19,010 nucleotides of DNA from Ginkgo biloba (Eukaryota > Plantae > Ginkgophyta): positions 180,354,698-180,373,707 of the forward strand of contig JANKJI020000004.1 in assembly GCA_024626585.2 (NCBI GenBank), in the 5' to 3' direction. The notes under the pieces are model-generated. The model was not told the DNA's origin, made no database searches, and worked only from the letters and a program-made list of their open reading frames with translations. Shown here piece after piece: positions 12,701-19,010 of this stretch. A program made the position numbers and the translations under genes. How positions within the stretch are numbered: position 1 is the first letter of the stretch; each line of letters starts with the position of its first letter.

Positions 12701-15201
12701 AAATTCATTATTCTTTAGGTAATGCTTCCAAACCTTAATAGCATGAATAATGGCCAATACTTCTTGATCCTCAATAGGGTGCCTTTGCTCATCTTCATTC
12801 ATCTTACAACTCTCATAAGCCACTACCTTTGGTATATTAATTCAACATGGCTCCAATAACCACTCCACTTATATTGATCAAGATGGTAAAGGTCTTGCCA
12901 CATCTAGTAGCATCAAAACTAGTGCCTTTATCAATTTCTGCTTCAAATGTTCAAAGTTGTCTTGGTATTTGTCTGTCCACTTGAACCTCTTAGACTTATT
13001 GAGCAATTCTGTCCAAGTAGCTGTTGTCTTTGAGAAATTCAACGCAAGTATTTTGTAGAAGTTGCCAATCGAAGGAAGCTCCTTACCTTATGCACACTAA
13101 TTGGAGTCTTCAACTCACAAACCACCTTCATTTTCTTAGGATCCACTAGCATACCTTCTTTCGAGACAATATGACCAAGATACTCCACCTTCTCTTGGTA
13201 GATTATACACTTGTACAACTTGGCATACAAGTTCTATCTTTAGGACTTCGAAGACCAATGGAAGATGCTCTTCATGCTGCTCCTTGCTGTTGCTGAAAAA
13301 TCACGATGTTGTTAAGTAACACTACGACAAATTTGCCCAAATAATGCTTGTGGATACTATTCAATAGTCTCATAAATGTGGCTGGAGCATTTGTCAATCG
13401 AAAGGGTATGGCATGGTACTCATAATGATTGTACCTTGTGGTAAAATTCATCTTCTCCACATCCTTGAGGTGTATGCGGATTTGATGATAACCACTCTTG
13501 AGATCAATCTTTGAGAAAACAATGGCTCCTTTCATGGTGTCCAAAATATTANNNNNNNNNNNNNNNNNNNNNNNNNNNNNNNNNNNNNNNNNNNNNNNNN
13601 NNNNNNNNNNNNNNNNNNNNNNNNNNNNNNNNNNNNNNNNNNNNNNNNNNNAATTACATGCATGCATGTGTGTGCTTGTATCTCTGACATGTCCAGACTT
13701 GTCCTGATGTTTGTCTAGAATTGGCAACTTAAAAATTCTACAACAAGAATAATTACTAACTGTTATGATACAAAGAGGCACCTTGCTCATATGAGAGGTA
13801 CACTTGTACCACTTCAATATGGGAGGTTCATCACAATCCCTCCTGGATGCTTTTGAGGCCTTGCATCGTATGCAAGACTTTCTAGAGCACTAAGATTCGA
13901 AGTTTGGAAAAGGGTGATGTCTCCTCAAAACCATTACAAGAAGCAGCTGTTAATACAATTAGAATTGCAAGTAATCAAGAAAGTCAAGTTACCAATACAT
14001 TCATTTTGTGGGAGTATTTAAAAGTACAGCTGGGGCCCCAAGCGAATTACGATGTCATCCTTCATCAGATATGCCTGAGAAGAATATGACATTCCCATAA
14101 TAAATCACAATAAACAATAAACAAGTCAAAAACTTTAAGAAAACAGAGTGAATAAAGTAGTTAAAATTCAAGCTTTCAGTTACATTAGTTAATAAAATAC
14201 AAAATCATACAGCACTATATTCTCATATTGTTAATCCTTATCCCTTTGGTAGCCTCTTCATCATTAAAAGAGTAAAAGCAAGTTATCTTCTTCAATCTTA
14301 TACACTGCCAAAGCCGAAGTCAAATACTCAGTTTTTATTGCTATGTCAAGTTAATAGTATTTTGAAATTTTGCAGATTAGAAAAGTACACTAAGGATCTA
14401 TGGGTTTTCTTTGATTTGTGAACTCCTTGTGATAATAACATGATCAACACTACCAATGTCATCATCAGTGCCCCTAATACTTTAATTGTTTGAACCCTTC
14501 ATTGATTTGGCATCGTCTTTCTTGAGATTCTCTACCTTCCTCTCAACTTAAGCCTGATATTCCTTATGCACAAAGTCCTCACATAAAAAATATACAAGAA
14601 AACCAGTGTAAAACACTAACAAAACAACTTTTTAGCTTTATATCCAGAAAGTGGCAGCTAACTTTGACAATGTTGGAAAGAAAAGAAGAGCCGATTCTCA
14701 CAATCTTATCGAACAACTCGCCTCCAGTGACAAATTCCAGAATGATATAAATCTTTGACCGACTTGCCAGAACCTGCATGCTCATTCTGCGTACCTCAAT
14801 TACTGGCAGAAACTGCCTGATATAAAATGTCCATTTAATAAACAAACATTATTCTGCTCTACCATTCCTTACCAGCAATCAGCTATTAGTGAAAGGCAAT
14901 TTTGTATCTTACCAGGCATCAATGAATAAGACAAACAATCGAAGCTGTGTACCTCATGTAACCGAACAATATTAGGGTGTCGCACAAGCTTCATTACAGA
15001 TATTTCCCTCTTAATCTGTTAAAAAGAATGATTGATTCAGCAATCAAATTTCAAAACACACATAAAGATAGCAAAATAAGTTCCCAGAAACTCCTCCAAA
15101 AAGCAGGTTACCAGATCTCTCTTTAAATAGTTCCACATAAAGCAATAGAGACATATATTAGATTCGAAATGCAATATGCATTCTAAAACACTGCCATATC
15201 T

Positions 15202-15236
<35 letters not shown>

Positions 15237-18200
15237 TATATATATATATATATCATAATAAAAACACCAAAAATAATTGGTAGACATATGGACTATATCT
15301 CCTGTCAAAAGTTTTGAAGCAGCTTGTAGACAACTTTAACAATTTAAGGCAGCAGCCAAAAAATGACATAAATGGCATGTGGTAATTTTGTCTGAAAATG
15401 TCGTACACTCATTGTAGAATGTCCTAAAGGGAGGAATGCTTGTATTTTATGTAGGGTGATTACAGAACATTTCAGTTACCTCAAAGAGATAGAAAAGAAA
15501 GGGTTATTATGTCGATGCACATTGANNNNNNNNNNNNNNNNNNNNNNNNNNNNNNNNNNNNNNNNNNNNNNNNNNNNNNNNNNNNNNNNNNNNNNNNNNN
15601 NNNNNNNNNNNNNNNNNNNNNNNNNNNNNNNNNNNNNNNNNNNNNNNNNNNNNNNNNNNNNNNNNNNNNNNNNNNNNNNNNNNNNNNNNNNNNNNNNNNN
15701 NNNNNNNNNNNNNNNNNNNNNNNNNNNNNNNNNNNNNNNNNNNNNNNNNNNNNNNNNNNNNNNNNNNNNNNNNNNNNNNNNNNNNNNNNNNNNNNNNNNN
15801 NNNNNNNNNNNNNNNNNNNNNNNNNNNNNNNNNNNNNNNNNNNNNNNNNNNNNNNNNNNNNNNNNNNNNNNNNNNNNNNNNNNNNNNNNNNNNNNNNNNN
15901 NNNNNNNNNNNNNNNNNNNNNNNNNNNNNNNNNNNNNNNNNNNNNNNNNNNNNNNNNNNNNNNNNNNNNNNNNNNNGATATTGTTGGATGATGCATTCAT
16001 TTTCTCTCTTCTCTTCCATTTTCAAAATAAATTATCAACAACTTCCAATATTTGGTGATACATTTATTGGTGTGCTCTTGAAAAATTAGGCTCTTTACAA
16101 GCAGCCTTACATCCAAAACAGAGGGACTAAGATTCACAAGGTACAGCTACAACACACATTCAACCATAAGTCCAGCGTCCAGAGGCTAAGTTCACAAAAA
16201 ACAACTACAACACAAAATAAGCTCACGGATATCTAAAATACAACCAGTTTATGCAATGAAAGCAGCAAAGAACTAATTATCCCCATCTATAGGAGCTTGA
16301 TGTGAACTTTCCAATCTTCAGGATGAGAAGATGATTGTCCAGTGAGCTCCCTTCTCTTCTTTGCTAGGAGATTCTTGATCTGACCCACATCTGCCCACAA
16401 TTCTGCTACTCTGTTCTGAACCTCTAGGACATCAGCTGTCACAGAGCCATAGGGAGACTCCCTTTGACCAATTTCTGTTTCTTCAGCAAAATCCTGCTGA
16501 CCATCACTATCAGACTGATCATCCAAATCATCAATTTCTACACGAATTGTGGGAGCATTACAAACAGCACCCAAAGAATTATCTACCTGCTGATCTCTAT
16601 CTGGTTGTTGCCATCCACTACCTCCTGCAACACCCTGAGCCCAGCTCCCTTGCCCTACATGCCCATAGTCCCATCCATCTGGTGGAAGTTAGTCTTCCTT
16701 TGACAGTCACATGCCATTATTAATTATCAAACTGGCTACAAATTATTTTATATCGGTTTATGAAAGTAAAATCCATGACTATTGTTCCATTGGACAATCA
16801 ATATGAATCTGTCTTTCAAATGATTTACAGCATGACAAGATTTATACTTCTGATAAGAGAATCATCACTCATATACAGAAGCAGAATTTGAGCAATCCTT
16901 CTATATAGAACTTCAAGAAAGCCATTTTATCACATCAAATGATTCATACGCAGGGAACATAGCTTACTCGGGAAGATTCAAGGAGTTAAGATATTTATGC
17001 TCTGCAAAACTGAATCATTCTCTTCAATTGCCCAACAGCACTTTAATACATAAAATGCCAAGAGATACAAAGAAAAGGACAGAGTCCANNNNNNNNNNNN
17101 NNNNNNNNNNNNNNNNNNNNNNNNNNNNNNNNNNNNNNNNNNNNNNNNNNNNNNNNNNNNNNNNNNNNNNNNNNNNNNNNNNNNNNNNATAGGGGGTTTT
17201 CAATTAACAATATACAATATTTGGTCTACTAACACTCTAAGATGTGTGTTAGCAATGGTGGCTCTACAAAATCACTTCCTATGGGTTTGCACGCAAGTCA
17301 ATGAACAATAGCTAGAAACTAATTGAGTATTAAATGAGCTCAACGAGTGTTCTTCTTAAACATCGTAAATACTATGTGATATGCTACATCACGCCCATCA
17401 TTTGTACATCAATCAAGAGACATCACACATGAAGAAAGCGCCCTCTAAGGAATAGAACCAAACATCTTCAATTTTCCTACGAAATAAAGTTTCAAGTCTC
17501 TAAATAAGCAATCATTCTCTTCTGTCATAATAGATGACAGCAGAAATAAAACGTTCCTCTCTCTCCACCTCCACTGAGCACAAATACAAATGTGTTGTTC
17601 TCAAGCAACACCATGTCCAACCTCTACACAAAGCCAATAAGAGCATGGTCTAAACTAGACCATAAAAAAAATCTCATACCTTGTGACATGTGAAGGTCTA
17701 CAAAACCTCAAGAAAACATTAATACCACCTAAGGTGCAAAGTAAATGCTCAGAGTAGTGTGCTAACTTCAAATTACCAGCTCTCAAAGGAGAAATCCATG
17801 TGACTTGGAAATATTCTTTTTAAATCTCATCTCTGCTCGTTAATCCTTTTCTTGGCCACACTAAGATTAGGAACGTCCAAAGAGAACCGAAATATAGCCA
17901 AGTGCAGTATATTTTAGTCTATCAACAACATGTGTGTAATCAAATCCTGAGCAGCCAACTCCTTAAAGGAGCAAAGGGCTAAGCAAGGATATTTTGTGGC
18001 CAACCTGTATGAATACCAGCCATGCTTCGGACCCCATACAATTACAAGATAATCTTGAAAATAGTCTCAAGGTATAGAGGATGCAGACCAGACTACACTT
18101 GGAAGATACTTTCGGGCACTGCTCAATTTCAGCATAATTTTCTATTCTGGGATCATCAAAAGTCAGAATTAAGCAGTAGTATGTGAGAAAAGGCTTATAA

Positions 18201-18908
18201 CTATGTGAGACTCAGGGTTACTTGGCAAATATCGATGCATTGAAATAAGGGCCACTACCCAATTCAAGATAAATTTAAGGTAATTTTTCGATCCAGCTTT
18301 TGCATTGCATTCTGCTAAGAGAGTGGAAGTCACTTTCACTAAATTCATTTGACTCAATTCAGTGCAAAGCAGGAAATGAATTGGTAAAATTGTGATAGGA
18401 CATCTTAATTTATCTGTCGGTGGGAAGTGATCGTTACAAACCCTAACTTAGCTTTATGCAATGATCTTTAAGAAAAAGTAAACTGAAATTTAAAAGCATG
18501 TTCTCCTCAACCCTCCCTTCAGGCCCTTTACCAAGCCACAAAATGGTGTATTAAACAGCAACTGCTATTTCTTCTATGGCTATATTTAAAAGCTACTGAT
18601 ACTAAAATCTTGCTGAGGAAATTGTAATGTGACATTGTGATTAGCTTTAACTTTAGTGAAGACTCTAAACACAGTGAATGCAGAAAACCGCGTATTCCTT
18701 GCATGCATATAGGAGTTGGATGCAGTAATACCTGGTCAACCATCTTATGCTTAAGAATCGCCTGCTTATCGAGCACCTTCATAGCCACGCTCTCTCCAGT
18801 TTCCGTGTTTTGAGCAAACTTAACCTTAGCAAAGGTTCCCTCCCCAATCGTTCTTCCAATCTCATACTTTCCCGCCTTGCGCATAACTATCTTCCTCGAC
18901 TTCTTCAT
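605..18908 (-). CDS. CIPK24: Spliced CBL-interacting Ser/Thr protein kinase gene, CIPK24/SOS2-like (SnRK3); partial: 3' exons outside the window, central kinase exons missing or damaged
   Basis: Colinear minus-strand blocks 18908-18732, 15015-14953, 14773-14702, 6151-5987, 5425-5336, 5194-5072 and 724-605. Every visible boundary is GT/AG and phase 0. They encode kinase subdomains plus the NAF motif [24 protein letters not shown], nearly identical to Arabidopsis SOS2 as recalled and less like CIPK8. Confidence 0.9.
2407..2528. repeat. Short inverted-repeat-bounded segment (MITE-like, 122 bp)
   Basis: GTGCAGTATTGcTC at 2407-2420 is the reverse complement of GAaCAATACTGCAC at 2515-2528 (13/14 match). 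No TSD is evident. Confidence 0.4.
2802..2979. repeat. Degenerate tandem repeat, about 2.1 copies of an 80-86 bp unit
   Basis: Units start with ATTAAT at 2802, 2882 and 2968. Each full unit carries ATTAATCA.AT.AGCA...ACTG.TTGA...CATA...AAGGTCCCA.AACCT.CAGT.TTG. Confidence 0.8.
3095..3780 (+). mobile_element. Candidate 5' LTR of the Copia fragment
   Basis: TGTTGA (3095) ... TCAACA (3775-3780) inverted termini, ending 36 nt before the gag ATG. No PBS, partner LTR or TSD is seen. The left boundary is uncertain (another TGTTG lies at 3061). Confidence 0.4.
3817..3980 (+). mobile_element. Ty1/Copia gag N-terminal fragment (truncated)
   Basis: [43 protein letters not shown] matches the Copia gag start pattern KLDGxNYxxWKxxxxxxLxxKDLW (DUF4219/UBN2-type). 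Similarity is lost after about 50 aa. Confidence 0.8.
4240..4367. repeat. Degenerate tandem repeat of about 58-60 bp (at least 3 units, runs into a gap)
   Basis: AAGAAATTCCA at 4240, 4300 and 4357, with similar intervening sequence (TCAT...CACAAA.AA.ATTTG..T.TAC). Confidence 0.7.
4614..4627. repeat. (GT)7 microsatellite
   Basis: GTGTGTGTGTGTGT seen directly. Confidence 0.85.
5072..5194 (-). CDS. CIPK24: CIPK24-like coding exon (123 nt; end of kinase domain and junction)
   Basis: tgatttcAG | [41 protein letters not shown] | GTtggt. Confidence 0.95.
5336..5425 (-). CDS. CIPK24: CIPK24-like coding exon (90 nt; subdomain X-XI)
   Basis: gctgtAG | [30 protein letters not shown] | GTaagt. Confidence 0.95.
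5987..6151 (-). pseudogene. Degenerate CIPK activation-loop/subdomain VIII-IX coding block; 5' end lost in an N gap
   Basis: [55 protein letters not shown] | GTatct, against family consensus [44 protein letters not shown]. The frame is open, but the invariant APE, DxWSxG and GT residues are substituted. Confidence 0.85.
6392..6870 (+). mobile_element. Decayed Ty3/Gypsy integrase fragment (second element, opposite orientation)
   Basis: Translates with stops as [46 protein letters not shown]...[17 protein letters not shown]...[21 protein letters not shown]. This matches the integrase motifs STAFHPQTDGQSEVVN and F.VGD.VWL. Confidence 0.85.
7722..7929 (-). mobile_element. Possible highly decayed Gypsy gag remnant
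   Basis: Minus-strand reading [10 protein letters not shown] plus a downstream *WWGS resembles the retrotransposon gag pattern W...LE.Y...A..WW. Weak, by-eye similarity. Confidence 0.3.
8294..8435. repeat. Low-complexity A-rich tract with repeated TAGTCTAAAG motif
   Basis: TAGTCTAAAG occurs three times (8303, 8341, 8352), followed by AAAAC/AAAAT runs. Probably retroelement non-coding sequence. Confidence 0.65.
11350..13551 (-). mobile_element. Decayed Ty3/Gypsy LTR-retrotransposon pol (RT - RNase H - integrase)
   Basis: RT: [15 protein letters not shown]...[14 protein letters not shown]...VVVLLNN (YLDD mutated to LLNN) and [17 protein letters not shown]. RNase H: [21 protein letters not shown]. 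Integrase: [46 protein letters not shown]. The RT-RH-INT order is Gypsy-type. Many stops and frameshifts; the low-coordinate boundary is approximate. Confidence 0.93.
14702..14773 (-). CDS. CIPK24: CIPK24-like coding exon 3 (72 nt; hinge region)
   Basis: catgcAG | [24 protein letters not shown] | GTgaga. Confidence 0.95.
14953..15015 (-). CDS. CIPK24: CIPK24-like coding exon 2 (63 nt; alphaC helix)
   Basis: ttctttttaacAG | [21 protein letters not shown] | GTacac. Confidence 0.95.
15196..15253. repeat. Compound microsatellite (TATATC)n-(TA)n
   Basis: ATATCTATATCTATATCTATATC followed by a TA run with one G interruption. Confidence 0.95.
16119..16214. repeat. Imperfect direct repeat (unit about 36 bp, spacing about 60 bp)
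   Basis: CAGAGGGACTAAGATTCACAAGGTACAGCTACAACACA (16119-16156) vs CAGAGGCTAAGTTCACAAAAAACAACTACAACACA (16180-16214). Confidence 0.7.
16287..16688 (-). other. Unassigned 133-codon open frame (no in-frame ATG) in CIPK intron 1; terminal-exon-like, probably TE-derived or a captured gene fragment
   Basis: The listed ORF 16287-16574 stays open upstream to TAA at 16691-16689: [47 protein letters not shown]...HIKLL*. It is visibly GC-richer than its flanks, with an acceptor-like CTAACTTCCACCAG ending at 16679. Confidence 0.5.
18732..18908 (-). CDS. CIPK24: CIPK24-like coding exon 1 (59 aa; Gly-rich loop, catalytic Lys)
   Basis: [59 protein letters not shown], followed by donor GTATTA at 18731. A second in-frame Met at 18884 is an alternative start. 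Confidence 0.95.
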
Positions 18909-19010
18909 CTCCTTCTCAAATCGCTGACAGATTAATTATGAATTTTATCCCAAACATTTGAAAAGTGAAAAGATCCGGGAATTAATATGCCTATACAGAA
19001 TGCAGGGAGC

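Larger units (their letters stand above)
1033..17188. other. Assembly gaps (15 N-runs)
   Basis: 1033-1048, 1300-1345, 2270-2369, 4135-4234, 6152-6391, 7677-7721, 7930-7985, 8194-8293, 9669-9768, 10770-10869, 11397-11424, 11793-11809, 13552-13651, 15526-15976, 17089-17188. Seven are exactly 100 N, the usual placeholder for unknown gap size. Confidence 0.97.

Noticed and set aside
13652-14089. Coding-looking plus-strand stretches ([26 protein letters not shown]; ORF 13904..14089)
   Set aside because: Short, with no recognisable motif or splice structure. The part of ORF 13272..13817 upstream of the gap is not RT-like and is joined to the RT only through Ns.
15456-16058. Cluster of long ORFs (160-200 aa) in the ORF track
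   Set aside because: Artefacts of translating through the 451-N gap; the same applies to the other X-filled ORFs.
18528-18731. C-terminal 67 aa of ORF 18528..18908
   Set aside because: Read-through into intron 1 past the GT donor at 18731; kinase similarity resumes at exon 2.

Overview
Eukaryotic (plant) draft-assembly window, AT-rich, with 15 N-gaps (seven are exactly 100 N). It is dominated by one minus-strand, intron-rich CBL-interacting protein kinase gene of the CIPK24/SOS2 type. The start codon is at 18908 and seven coding blocks run down to the NAF-domain exon at 605-724; the remaining 3' exons lie outside the window. The multi-kb introns hold decayed LTR-retrotransposon pieces (Ty3/Gypsy pol on -, a second Gypsy integrase on +, a Ty1/Copia gag start on +), which suggests a large-genome plant such as a gymnosperm (inference only). 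The main anomaly is in the kinase core. The exons for the catalytic loop (HRDLKPEN) and DFG motif are not visible. The activation-loop/subdomain IX block is heavily mutated in its 5' half and appears to lack an intron, while all flanking exons and splice sites look intact. This fits a damaged or pseudokinase allele, but equally an assembly chimera with a processed pseudogene. Intron 1 also holds an unexplained 133-codon open frame with Gly/Trp motifs. I see no convincing evidence of a new biological system.
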